Below are positions 1 to 15,889 of a DNA stretch of 64,000 nt, in pieces (the stretch's first letter is position 1; every line of letters starts with the position of its first letter). Where the stretch lies: NCBI RefSeq assembly GCF_009914755.1, contig NC_060933.1. The stretch is one strand, 5' to 3'. Both the position numbers and the translations under genes were made by a program. A model generated the notes under the pieces. It was not told the DNA's origin. It saw nothing but the letters and a program-made list of their open reading frames with translations, and made no database searches. This DNA comes from the human T2T-CHM13v2.0 reference genome, Homo sapiens.

Positions 1-667
1 CACAGCTTTATCCTTAGGGAAGATATGGTGTATGTAAGGCTTTGAATATGAGAAGAGCTAAGTGGGGGTAGGGGTAGGTAAGGCAGAAGAGACCCTGCCA
101 ACTCCTTTGAACAAAGGGAAAGGAAGAAGATATGGTAGAACTAGTTCCCCTTAGACCTGGCTTCTCTTGCTGCCTTGCCTTTGATGAACTTATTGTAAGT
201 CTCTGGGAAGTTAAATTCCCCTCTGTCAATGAGAAGATTGAATATTTTAGTGATATTCAATTTTTTTGTTTGCTTTAAGTTGTGGAAATATTCCCTGCCC
301 CTCCCTTCCCCCCACCCCCCAATATGAAGTCGCAAATGAAAGCCCAGTGTGGTTGGAGTGTGCGTTTGAGGGAAGGGAAGGGTGCAGGGCAGGGCATGGA
401 CCTGGCTCCCTCTCTGTAGCCCCAAGGACCTTGGCAGGACTCCAAGACTCCAAGGTCCTGGCATTTTCTGAGCCTCCATCAATAGCCTACAAAGCCTCTG
501 TTCTAAAAAGATTAAGAAAGCATTAACAAACACAAGTACACATTATTGTGCAAAAAGTATTTTTCCAAGTAATAGAGGGGTCCTTAAGGATTTACATAGC
601 AACTTAAACAAGAAAAAAACCAAAGTCTTTCTAAAAAATTATAGTGACTAGTACCCTTGGCTAAAAA

Positions 668-677
668 GGGAGTTTCC
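668..677 (+). promoter_or_regulatory. NF-kB consensus site
   Basis: GGGAGTTTCC matches GGGRNWYYCC exactly and lies in a repeat-free block. Motif match only. Confidence 0.3.
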
Positions 678-765
678 AACCCCCTCCTCAACTTCTTACG
701 CTTAAAAAGAAAAGATGTAGGGCATATTACTTGAATAGAATTGTCAAACATTTTTATTTTCCTAG

Positions 766-834
766 CTGAACGGATTCCTGCACCATCAGAGCATTTCCTC
801 TGAAAATGTCCTGCTCTAAACCAAAGCTGAACAT
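766..834 (+). other. Candidate 69-nt internal exon (non-coding or 5'UTR/start exon)
   Basis: Acceptor catttttattttcctag ends at 765 and donor CAT|gtgagt follows 834. All three frames contain a stop; ATG at 806 (aaaATGt) is open to the donor. No partner exon identified. Confidence 0.3.
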
Positions 835-2249
835 GTGAGTGGGCAGGTCGAGTCTTGTCCATCCATTCCGGGTTTCCTTTTCTTTCTCTCTGTCTGCCTG
901 ACTCTCTCTCTCCTGGTGAAATGGCTTGAAATTATGACATCTACACTCTACTGTCATGTTGTCTTTTCTTTCTAGTTCTTTACTTCTGAATTAATCTGAA
1001 AGATTGGGGCTTAGCTGAGTCCTCCAGATCACTTCCTGACACGCCAATTGTGTTGGCAAGCCTTACTGGTCCCTCAACAATGATCATTGCTGACACTTGA
1101 CTTCCTTTGGTCCAGTTCAATTCCTTATGTCCACTGAAGCTCATTTGTAGGCAGCACTTCTGAAAATATACTGCCCAAACTTCAAAATCTTCTATTTGTT
1201 CAGGTTGAGAGAAGTTATTCAGGCAATGAGACTGAGAGATGGTTTACACAGATATCTGAATGAGCCAAAACCATGTTGTTCTTATCATTAACGTTCCCAC
1301 TTGCTGTCATAGAAGTGTAGTTTAAGCCATGATAACCACAAACATTATTCATATTCTACCATTAGCCCTCTCATTCACTTTTTGTGAGACTTCCTAAAAT
1401 TCCGGAATTTCTCCTAAAAGGGAGTTCCTATGCAATGGCTGCCTCTTTTTGTATTAGAGCCCTGTTATAACATAGAAAGGAATTACAGTTTTAATATGCT
1501 TCTGATTTTCCTTCCTTAATGTTGGCTTTCACTTCAAAATGGGCATAAATGTAAGCACTGCAATATTTTCATCATTTCTTTAAATGCAGTTTTTGAAAGG
1601 AACTTACAGTTTTCCGGAGGATGCCCACAGGATGATCCCTCTTGCTCCACCATGATACTGTTGGACTACTGGAGAATTGAATGCTGTAATCCTTTACATA
1701 GCACTTAAAAAATAATTTAGAAAAACTAAAGTCTGTCTTGGAAACCTCAGAACTTGTCTCAGAAATCTTGCCTCAATCGGCTTCCAAAGTATAATGTAAC
1801 ATGATTATTTTCCTTTCTGGAAACCTGTGAAACAGGTCTTGGAGCTCCATTTAATGTGTCAGAGTTTTAACTGATTCTTTGCTGTGTCTGTTCACCCCAT
1901 AATAGCAGCGCTAAGCACAGGACGTGTTTTACAGGAATAGTCACCCAGAGCTTAGCTTGTTGTCACATAGCAGGCAGACAATTTCACAATGAAAATAAAT
2001 CTGTTTCATGCCCCGAGAATTTCTTCCTGATGAAATGTTCTTTGCTGATGTTGAGAATGCGATCATTGATATCCACCAGTTAGCACTGATGTGGTTCCAG
2101 GGAAAACTTAGTTGCTATTCCTTGCCAGTTCTAGAAAAACAGTTTGATTGACAAGAGGGGTACCATGGAACTCTGATCCTTGAGTTCATTCACTTTTCTC
2201 TTGCTTCTTGGACCACAAGATAGGAGTGATTCCCATGCCCTTATTATAA

Positions 2250-2435
2250 TCTCATATAAAGTATCTTCATATATGTTATCTCACTTGATCCTCATGATAA
2301 CATTGTAAGGAGGGCAGGACAGGTATCATTATCCCCACTTTACAAGCCAGAAAACTGAAGTTCAAAGAAATTTGTAACCTACTCAAGGAACCACAGATAA
2401 TAAGTGGCCAAGAAAGGACTAAAAAGCAGATGCTC
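2250..2435 (-). mobile_element. MIR SINE fragment
   Basis: MIR core: tatcattatccccactttaca...gaaaactgaagttca. Confidence 0.7.
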
Positions 2436-2519
2436 TTTTTGGTAATTACCACTTTCCTTGGAGAGCAGCCAAGACTGCTCCACCAAGATCTTGCTGCTGC
2501 AGAACCTCCCTACCCCCCA

Positions 2520-2545
2520 CATTCATTCATTCATTCATTCATTCA
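2520..2545. repeat. (CATT)n microsatellite, probably an L2 tail
   Basis: cattcattcattcattcattcattca. Confidence 0.8.
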
Positions 2546-2607
2546 ATAAACACTTGTAGTGAGTATGAATTTTGGGGCTCAAAATTCAGATCTGTAAAAC
2601 AAAATTA

Positions 2608-2965
<358 letters not shown>

Positions 2966-3135
2966 ATCTTTTTCTATAACTTTAATTAAACCCTTTCTTG
3001 GGCACTTAATCCTCCTGATGGCAGAAACTTAATCAACTCCAGGTTTTCTCATGCAGCTTAGGGAGCTGCCCGTCTTCGCTTTCCCCCCAGGTTTGTATAT
3101 AAGTTCAAGCCATTGGGTATATGTGTGTTTGTGTG

Positions 3136-3192
3136 AGAGAGAGAGTAAGAGTGAGACAGAGACAGAGACAGAGACAGAGACAGACACAGAGA
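3136..3192. repeat. (GA)n/(GAGACA)n simple repeat
   Basis: gagacagagacagagaca array. Confidence 0.8.
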
Positions 3193-3996
3193 ACATCTGT
3201 TAATGACTCATAATATCCCAAATTTATTTGCCTAACATGTTTTAGATTCCTGCTAGGTGGGGGTGCACAGAGATGAGCAGCAGCATCCCTTTCTTAAAAT
3301 GTTCAGTCTAGTGGGAGAGGAAGAGAAAGGGCAGAGAAAGGGCAGTGGGACGCAGGCTGAGAGAGATCCCATGATCAAAACCAACGCAGTAGGGCTTGGC
3401 TGATTGAAAGATGTGTAAAGTGACACTTGTACCCTCCTCAAAGACCTAAGCAAAGACTATCATTCTACAGTTTCCCTGTTACCCAAGCTATTTGGTGTTC
3501 ACAACATTGGGTAACTGATCTGAGCTCAGATTAAACTGGAAAGCCAAAAGAAACTTAATAATAAAACAACTATAATTTTGTATCTGTGATCTCATTGGAC
3601 CTTCTCTATCTCTGTGAGAGCTAAAAGGATTATTCCTCTGTGGCCTATACAAAACTAGCATTACTCAGTGGCCTCTTCTAGGCACCATTGTGTGCTGATA
3701 AATGGCAATCTGGCACTGCAAAATAATTTGAACTTTTACTTCTGTCTCTTAAAAAAGGACTGAAAGACAGTATATCATTACATAAACTCCTCTTTCTTCT
3801 TTTATCTTCTCTTTCCTTTCTCCTCCTCTTCTCTTCCTATTTGTTCTATCTGTCTCTCATCTATCTATCAACCATCCATTCATCCAGTCACCTGTCTCAC
3901 ATGCAGCTTCTCTTTCCCCAGTCCAAACTCATAGCCCAAATCTGTCAAGCTAGCTTGGTTTTAAAAAATGCACATTCCTGTTTCAGTTTCCTCTAA

Positions 3997-4291
<295 letters not shown>

Positions 4292-4425
4292 CTCTTCTTT
4301 TTCTTCTTCTCTTTTTCCTTGTCCTTCCTCTTCCCCTTCCCCTTCCCCTTCCTCTTCCCCTTCTCCTTCCCCTTCTCCTTCCTCCTCCTTCTCCTTCTCC
4401 TCCTTCTTCATTCTTTCTTATTTTC
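4292..4425. repeat. Polypyrimidine (TTCCCC/TTC/CTC) low-complexity tract
   Basis: About 130 nt of almost pure C/T. Confidence 0.85.
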
Positions 4426-4689
4426 CCTGCAACCTAGTAGCTCTATGTCTTTCCCATATAAGTTGAAATATTAAAAAAATTACTTTGAGTTACGTAACAG
4501 ACCTGGGGGAAAAATCTAGTGAAGACAGAACCATCCTTTACATGCTGGGATGAGGGGTGGGGTGGTGGGGTAGAAGAAGGAGAGCCCAAGGAAAACAAGA
4601 CAGAACTTTCCTTGGTGGATGGAGAAGGAGAAGAGGTATGATTACAGTGGACTACAGTGTCTGCACGTGCATCGTTTTAGTCTCTCTCC

Positions 4690-4820
4690 AATTATTTTAC
4701 AGATGGGAAAACTGAGGCCCAGAGAATAAAATAAGCTGCCCAAAGTCATACAGCTGGTAAGTGACAGGACTGTGATTTAAATCTGGATCTCTGACACAAA
4801 GTACTGTGTTCTTTCTACTC
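4690..4820 (-). mobile_element. MIR
   Basis: attttacagatgggaaaactgaggcccagag...gcccaaagtcatacagc. Confidence 0.85.
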
Positions 4821-5038
4821 ACAAGTGGAGTAAATTCCTGGTTTCTACATAATTCAAACAAGAGGAAAATTCACATAACTGATTTCTCCCCACCCCAAAG
4901 CAGTAAAGGAGAAGTCGCTTAATGAAAAAAACACATAAAGCCTAACATGAGAACCATGATTTTGGTTCTTGATTTGGAGAAGGTGATGGCCACCTGCTGC
5001 CAGAAATGAGGCATGAACCAAGAGAGGCAGTGAGGTGA

Positions 5039-5576
<538 letters not shown>

Positions 5577-5882
5577 AGGGCATTGGGTTTTAACGTTACT
5601 GGAATGTTATGGGTTCCAATAGTCTAGAGAGTTAAGTGTTTCAAGCCATGCGGAAACTTGAGAGATCTGGGTTACTGATGAGGAAAAATATCTCTATACC
5701 TGACAAGCAGTGAGAATAGAAAGCCCCCAGGACTATTTTCTGATTACAAAATAATACATAGACCTTATTAACTATTGAAATACAAAAGTGTATAGCAGAA
5801 AGTAAACAGCTCCTGTAATACCCCAACCCACATACCAATGAAAGTCATAAGAAATCTTCCATATTTTTTTCCTGTACAAATA

Positions 5883-6720
5883 CAGATGCTTCTGGATTTA
5901 CAATGGGGTTATGTCCCAATAAGCCCATAGTAAGTTGAAAATGCAGTTAAGTTGAAAATGTGTTTAATATACCTAATCTGCTGAGCATCATAGCTTAGCC
6001 TAGCCTACCTTAAACATGCTCAGGACACTTACCTAGCCTATAGTTGGGCAAAATCATCTATGATATGGTTTGCATCTGCTTCCCTGCCCAAATTTCATGT
6101 CGCATTGTAATCCTGAATGTTGGAATTGGGGCCTGATAGGAAGTGATTGGATCACGGAGCGAAGTTCTCATGAACAGTTTAGCACCATCCCCCCTTGGCG
6201 TTGTATATTGAGAGAGTTCTTGTGAGATCTGCTTGTTTGAAAGTGAGTGGCACTTCCCCTTCTCTCTCTTCCTGCTGCTCTGGCCACGTGACATGCAGGC
6301 TCCACCTTTGCCTTCCACCATGATTGTAAGTTTCCTGATGCTTCCCCTGAAACAGCAGATGCCAGCATCATGCTTCCTGTACAGCCTGTGGAACCATGAG
6401 CCAATTAAAACTCTTTTCTTTATATATTACCCAATCTCAGTTATTTCTTCATTGCAATGCAAGAATGGCCTAATACAGGCTGGTAGCACAGTTCGTGGTT
6501 GAGAATCTGTTGTTTACCCTGGTGATTGCATGGCTGACTGGGAGCTGTGGCTTGCTACCGCTGCCTAGCCTTGTGAGAAAATATTATACTGCATATTGCT
6601 AGCCTGAAAAAAAATCAAAATTGAAAATTTAAAGGACGGTTTCCCCTAAATGCATATTGCTTTCATACTATTGTAAAGTTGAAAATCTTAAGTCAATCAT
6701 TGGAGGTCAGTAAACATCTG
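5883..6720 (+). mobile_element. MER47/Tigger5-family DNA transposon, split by MSTA
   Basis: Termini ta|cagatg...catctg|ta; internal atagcttagcctagcctaccttaaacatgctcag. Confidence 0.8.
6061..6477 (+). mobile_element. MSTA solo LTR (ERVL-MaLR)
   Basis: tgatatggtttg...ccatgattgtaagtttcctga...taataca. Confidence 0.85.
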
Positions 6721-6919
6721 TACTAATATGGTGGTAGAATAGTAGAGTATTATTCACAATTTGTCTGATTTCAACTCTTTTAAATTTGTTAAAGTTTATT
6801 CCATGGCCTAGAATATCAACTATCTTGTTGAATATTCCATGTGAACTGAAAAACAATGTATATTCTTCTGTTGTTGGGTGGCATGTTCTTGGCATGTTCT
6901 AAAAATGTCATTCAGATTA

Positions 6920-7226
<307 letters not shown>

Positions 7227-7554
7227 TTAAGTTGTTTGAGAGTGTTCAGGCTTACTACATCCTTACCAATTTTCTGTGCTTGTCCTATCAATTTCTGAGA
7301 GGGAAATGTTGAACCCTCCAAGTGGGATTGTAGATTTATCTATTTCTCCTTTCCATTCTATTATTTTTTTTTGCTTCATGTATTTTCAGGATCTGTTTTA
7401 AGTGCATTTGCTTTTAGGATTGTGATGTCTTCCTCTTCCTGGTTAAAGTGACCAATTGACCTTTTATTATGATGTAATTTCCCTCCTTTATACCTGGTAA
7501 TATTCTTTGTTCTGATGTCTACTCTATCTGATGTTAGCATAGACATATTAGCTG

Positions 7555-7915
<361 letters not shown>

Positions 7916-7995
7916 TGATTACTGTACTGGTATATGTTTTCCTATTTTTTTACTTTTAACCTATGTCTCTATGTTTAATTTTTTTTTTTTCTTTT

Positions 7996-8115
7996 CTGGG
8001 TGCTGTGGTGTGTGCCTGAAGTCCCACCTACATGGAAGGCAGAGGCAGGAGGATCCTTTGAGCCCTGGAGCTCAAGGCTAGCCTGAGCAACATAGCAAGA
8101 TTTGGTCTCTAAAAA
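7996..8115 (+). mobile_element. FLAM (free left Alu monomer)
   Basis: About 120 bp, ctgggtgctgtggtgtgtgcctg...gcctgagcaacatagcaaga...tctctaaaaaa. Confidence 0.75.
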
Positions 8116-8183
8116 ATAAATAATTTAAGTTGGTTTCTTGTAGACAGTAGATAGTTGGTTCTTTTTTAAAAATCCAGTCAGAT

Positions 8184-8491
<308 letters not shown>

Positions 8492-9201
8492 TAGTCTCTA
8501 TTTTTTAATTGCTGTGTTTAGACCATTTACATTTAGTATAATTATTGATATATTTGGATTTAGGTCTGCTGTTTTATTACTTATTTTCTGTTCGCTCTTC
8601 TAGTTTTTTGCTCTGGGGTTCCCCCTTTCCTGCCCTTTTTTTTTTTTTTGGATTATTTAAGTATACTTAGTATTTTATTCAATTTATCAATTGGCTTTCT
8701 GGCTATATATATTTTTTGTATCTTATTTGTTTATTTACTTACTTATTTTTTAGCATTTGCTCTAGGGAGCATAGTGTACATACCTAAACTTTTACAGTAT
8801 ATTTAGAATTAGTATTTTACTACTTTAGGTAAAATGTAGAAATCTTACAGTCATATAGTTCTCTTTACCCTTTTATTTTATAGGTATCATATTTGTTACA
8901 TCTACATATGTCAAAAACCCCAACAGACAATCCTATAATTTTTGCTTTCAATAGTCATGCATACTTTAAAAGATTAAGAGGAAAAAATAGTATTTTACAT
9001 ATCTATATTTTTACCTCGTTTGTTGCTTTCCTTTAATTCCTGAAGTTCCAAGTTTCCCTCTAGTATTATTTCCCTTTAGCCTGAAGAATTTCCTATAGCA
9101 AATATTTTAGAGCCTACATACTGATGACAACTTCTTTTAGATTTCTCTCATCTGAGAATGTCTTCATTTCACTTAAATTCCTTTGAGATATTTTCACTGG
9201 A

Positions 9202-9502
9202 GGCCAGGCACATTGGCTCATACCTGTAATCTCAGCACTTTGGGAGGCCAAGGTAGGAGGATCTCCTGAGCTCAGGAATTCAAGACAAGCCTGGGCAACA
9301 CAGTGAGACCCCAATTCCACAAAAAAGTAAAAAAAAAATTAGCCAGGTGTGGTAGTGCACACATGTAATTCAAGCTACTTGGGAGACTGAGGCAGGAGGA
9401 TAGGTTGAGCCCAGGAGTTTGAGGCTACCGTGAGCTATGATTGCCGCTGCACTCCAGCGTGGGTGACAGAGTGAGACTCTATCTCAAAAAAAAAGAAAAA
9501 AA
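9202..9502 (+). mobile_element. AluJ
   Basis: Dimer; TSD gagat(a)ttttcactgga. Confidence 0.92.
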
Positions 9503-9689
9503 GAGATTTTTCACTGGATATGCAATTTTTGGTTGAAAGTTATTTTCTTTTAGCACTTTAAAGTGTTAATGTAGCCACTGTGGTTTATAATGAGAAATCA
9601 ATAGTCATTTGAATCATTGTTCTTCTAGAAGTAATTTATTCTTTTCTCTAGATTCTTAAGACTTTACAATATATGTATTTTTGTTGGTA

Positions 9690-10610
<921 letters not shown>

Positions 10611-10795
10611 TATTTAGAAGTTTTATTATGATGTGTCTGGGCATGGTTTTCTTTGAATTTCTTTTGTTTGGAATTTACTGAGTTTCTTAAATCTGTAAAT
10701 TTAAGTTTTTCAAGAAATTTGGGAAATTCTGGACATTATTTCTTTAAATTTTTTTTTCCAATCTCTTTTCTTCTTTTGGGAGTCCAATGACATGA

Positions 10796-11123
<328 letters not shown>

Positions 11124-12584
11124 ACCTTTCGATATTGTTTCACAAGTCTCTATGGCTCTGTCCATTATTTTTCAATCTTTATTTCCTCTGTTATTCAGAT
11201 TAGATAATTTCTATGCATCCATCTTCACGTTCACTGACTTATTTCTGTCATCTCCATTCTGCTGTTGGATCCATCTAGTGAATCATCTATTTCAGATTAC
11301 ATATTTTTAAATTTCAGCATTTCCATTTGGTTCTTTTTATAGGATTTATTTCTCTGCTGATAATTTTTACCTTGCTATTAATTTCAAGAGTGTTCATCTT
11401 TATCTCATGGACTATGGTTATGATAGTTGCTTTAACATCTTTGTTTGATAATACAACATCTGGGTCATCTAAGGGTTGGCATCTTTTGTCTTTCCATTGA
11501 GAATTAGACATGTTTTTCTTCTTTTTTCTATATTGAGTAATTTTGGATTGTATTCTGGGACATTTAAAAATATTATTTTATGACTCTGGGTCTCATTAAA
11601 ATCTATAGAAAATGTTGATTTTTATGTTCCAGCAGATCCCATTAGATCCAAATTGCAAGTTCTTCATCCCCTTCCGTGGGTGGTTGTTCCAATGTAAATT
11701 TATTTTTCAAACCTTTGCTATGGTGTTTTGGGTCTGTCTAATTAATCACCCAAGCCTCATATTAACCCCTAATTGTTTGTGCCACTTAGGGGTTAATATT
11801 AAACTGGGGCAATTAAATAATAATTCAGTTCCCAAAACCTTTTCTATGTTGCTCTGGGTCTTTCCTGTGTATGCACAGCTCAAGATTAAGCCTGAGACTT
11901 GTGAAGTCTCATACACAGAATTAGGGAATTCCTTTCCCCTTTGACCCAGCTCACAGAGGACCTTTTTTTTTCTGATGCTCTGGCCAGGAAAATAGGGTTT
12001 TACTTAGAGTTTTAAATCTGTTATACCATTGCTGCTGTAACACGGTTCCATGACTGGACCCACAGTTTAAAGGCAAAGAAGCAAAAGGAGAAAGAGAGAA
12101 AAACAACAACAGGGTTTCTTCTCACATGTTTCGACTACAGGGGCCTCTTTCCCCAATTATCCTGGCCAGAGAAACAGTTTGGGCTGCCTGCACTGCCACC
12201 ACAACAGTTCTATGACTGGGCATAAGAGAAAAGAGAAAAGGGAGGAAAACTTGGGAAATGTATTTTTGTTTGGTTTGCTGCTCCAAATTTGACCCCCATT
12301 CCCTATCTGTATGCTTTTGTTTAGTTTTCAGGTAACTGCTTTTCATATTTTGTTCATAGTTTTCAGTTGTAACTAGAGATTAGGGAGAGATAGGGTGTAG
12401 TGGGCTTTCTTCATTTTGCCTGGTACCTGAAGTCCTTCTAATACTTTTCATGTTTCATCTTTTTACCGTTAAAACTTTGATCCTTCTGGAATTTATTTTG
12501 GTGCAAGTAGTAATGTAGTGTTACTATTATTAATGTGGTAGTTATTATTGTTATAGGAAATATTTGGCAGAATAGTAAATTAGG

Positions 12585-12820
12585 AGCCTTAGTGGAAGGG
12601 CAGTTAGAGCTGCCTGGGTTCAAGTGGTTCTACCACTTGTAAGTTTATGACCTTGACCATAACCTCTCCTAATCTGTTTTTTCATTGGGATAATGGGGCT
12701 AATGATAATATCTGCCTTATGGAATTGCTGTATTAAGTGAGTATTAAGTGAGACAATGCTAGTAAAATATTTTTTACTGAATCTGGCACCCAGTAGGGGC
12801 TTAATAAGTGGCAGTTGTTG
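12585..12820 (+). mobile_element. MIR
   Basis: ctgcctgggttcaag...tgaccttgac...ctggcacccagtagg. Confidence 0.7.
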
Positions 12821-13125
12821 TGGTCATAACATGGTGATAATTATTGTTATGATGTGTAATAAGACCAAGTCACCACACTGTGAGTCAGGCCACCACACTG
12901 AAGCCTTGGGAAGATGTTTCTTAGCCGCAGTACATACTTGAAACAAGCCAGAAGCTGCTCTGTATCTCAAAATGTATGTGAAGTCTGAATCAATGAGATA
13001 AGTTTGAGTTTGTAGGATCAGGAAATATCACTGGGAAATGGAGGATGTTGTAGATAACACCATTCACACCTCACTCAGTTAATGTTAGTAGATAAGGAAA
13101 ATGAAGACTTCTACATTTTCTAAGA

Positions 13126-13292
13126 TAGTGTTTTGCAAAGTGGGATCAGAATCAACTGGTATACTTGTTAAGATGCAGATTCTTGGGCCCTACTCCTGAC
13201 CTAAGAAAATGTAACTGTGGTTAGAGCCTGGAGATCTGCATTTAATAGGCTTCCCAGGTAATTCTTTCATGAATCAAAATGTGAGAAATACT
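13126..13292. mobile_element. MER5-family hAT MITE
   Basis: atcagaatcaactgg...ttgttaagatgcagattcttgggccc...atctgcatttaa. Confidence 0.75.
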
Positions 13293-13514
13293 TTTCTAGA
13301 AAGAAAAGGGAAAAAGGTGGATGTAGGGTAGGAAGAGGAAAAAGAAAGGAAAGAACGAGACAAAGCAGGAGGAGAAAAAGAGGAGAGGAGGGCTACTACT
13401 GAATTGGAGTAGATTAGCAACCTACCTTTCTAAATCTTCATGGGCCCACTGTTAACTATCATAATCAAATATAACCTGGATCCCAGTTCTCCTGATTCAC
13501 AGATCACTCACAGA

Positions 13515-14030
13515 TCCATTTAGTTAACCAAAAGTTTTTGAGTCTGGCTGTGTATCAGAACACTGGAGAGAGACAGAGGAAAAAGGCACATCATCTACTA
13601 TTGGAGAAGGACTCACACTCACACTCCACAGCCAACCAGAATTCAATATGTTGGTGCTGTGATAGAGTTATGCACTGGGCACAAATGGAAGACTGAACTA
13701 GTGGCACCAAACTCAGACTGGGGGAGATCAAGAAATGGCTTCTAGGAGGAGAGGTGCCTGGGCTGAGTCTTGTGGAGAGTAATCATTCCTTAGGAAGAAG
13801 GGAAAATATTAGCAGCAAAAGAGGGGAGTGGGAGGTACTCACAAGGAGAAACAGCAGGATATGTCTAGGGAGATGTTGGCTCCTTGTGAAGGGGGAGGCT
13901 ATATAGTGAGAATAGTGGTCAGTAGCCAACATTCCCATATTAGGAGCCACATCACAAATACCCTGTGGACTGTGTCAAGAAACTTGATCAATGAGGAACC
14001 ATGGAAGAGTGGAAGCAAAGGGTGACTTGG
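13515..14030 (-). mobile_element. L2 fragment
   Basis: ggcttctaggaggagaggtgcctgggctgagtcttg...aatgaggaaccatggaag. Confidence 0.6.
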
Positions 14031-14292
14031 TTAACTTTTCATTGGGATTAAAAATTATTTTTTCAAAATGGAAAAATAGCTTTATTGATTTTTTTTCTGA
14101 AAATAGGGGTAACACACTCCAATTGTGGAAATAAAAGGATAATACAGAAAGATATAAAGAAGAAAGTAAAAGGCACCTGGAATTCCAACAGCCAGGGAAA
14201 ATCTGCAAACCTAAATAAATTTGTTTATCCTTCCAGATATTTCTCTAGATATGTGTATATCCAACCACTTGCACATACACATAACACATTAA

Positions 14293-14626
<334 letters not shown>

Positions 14627-14919
14627 TGAAATACTGCCTTTCAATCCTTTTTCACTTGACAATATTTAGTGGACATCTTTCTCTGTCAATAAATGTAGAT
14701 TTAAACCTTAATCATAATTTCTGCTATCTCTTTTGCTCACTTTTGACTTGCTTCTCATTCCTTCTCCAGGTGTGGCCTTTCCATTTGACCTCACTCCAAG
14801 CGTTAGCCTCCTACTTTGTTCCTTTGTGTCTTCTTGCCCACCACCTCTTCGGTGCCCAAGTCCCTTGCTTTGTCTCCACAGCATAGCAATTTGGTTCTGA
14901 GTAATGCACTTCCTGTCCT

Positions 14920-15425
14920 ATCACTCATCTGCTTAATGCTTCCTTGTCTTCCTATGTGTTCAGGATGAAGTTCCAGCTTTCCTAGGCTGGCTCTGGTAGC
15001 TCTCTTGTTAACCCCTCTAGCCTCCTCTCCCATCACCTGCAACCACCTCTCCCTGACCATTGTCCCTGATTTATGGCACAGCAATATTGAACTGCTTCTT
15101 TTTCCTACTTCTTGCTTCCCTGCCATTCCTCATGCTATTCCTGCTGCCTGCCATTCCTTCATTCCCCAAAGTGTCTGGTTGACCTGGCTAACTCTGATTC
15201 ATCCTCTAAGACTCTACCAGAGGTATCCCTGACACAATGTAGCCTGGATGAGCTGCACCTCCTGTGTCCTCCAAAGATACTCTGTTTCTCTTTGTTGTTA
15301 GCAGGTTGTATTAGAATTATCTCTTGTGTGTCTATCTTCCTTATTGGCTTGTAAGCTCCTTGACTCATTCAACTTTGTCTTCCTAGAGTCTCAAATGCAA
15401 TTGGTACGTGTTTGTTGAATGAACA
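14920..15425 (+). mobile_element. L2 3' fragment
   Basis: ttgtaagctccttga...tgtttgttgaatgaac tail. Confidence 0.65.
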
Positions 15426-15889
15426 AACTTGAGTCTTTGCAGAAGGGGTTCTTTGGTACCAGCGGTCAAACTCTTCTCATACTACCGGCCCTGGTGGTTC
15501 AGATCTCTGCCCTGTGGTTTCTACTTAGACTTCTGCTGATTGCCTCTGTCTCCTGCCTACATGGGCACCTGGATCTTGTACTTAGTTTGGACATTGGCTT
15601 GTGATGCTCAGTTCCTGCCTCTTCCTTCGTTCTTGTACTAATCTAGTAATTTAGGTTCATATGTCTAACCCCTCCCTGTAAACCGATGATCCCCTGTCTT
15701 CTGGATCTGCCTGAATTCCAAATCCCAGGCATCTCCATCCAGTCTATCTTGTCACCTCAAAAAAAACCCTGTCACCTCCAAATTCCCTGGTTCTAATCTA
15801 TAGACATTAAACATTATTGTAAATTTTATATGATTATGATAACATCTTGACAAAAATGTCCTTCAAAACAAAACAACAAATCTGTGCAT

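Noticed and set aside
2027-2090. Possible C/D-box snoRNA or hammerhead core (ctgatga...ctga)
   Set aside because: The C box lacks the leading purine, and there is no terminal stem, no obvious guide and no hammerhead helices.
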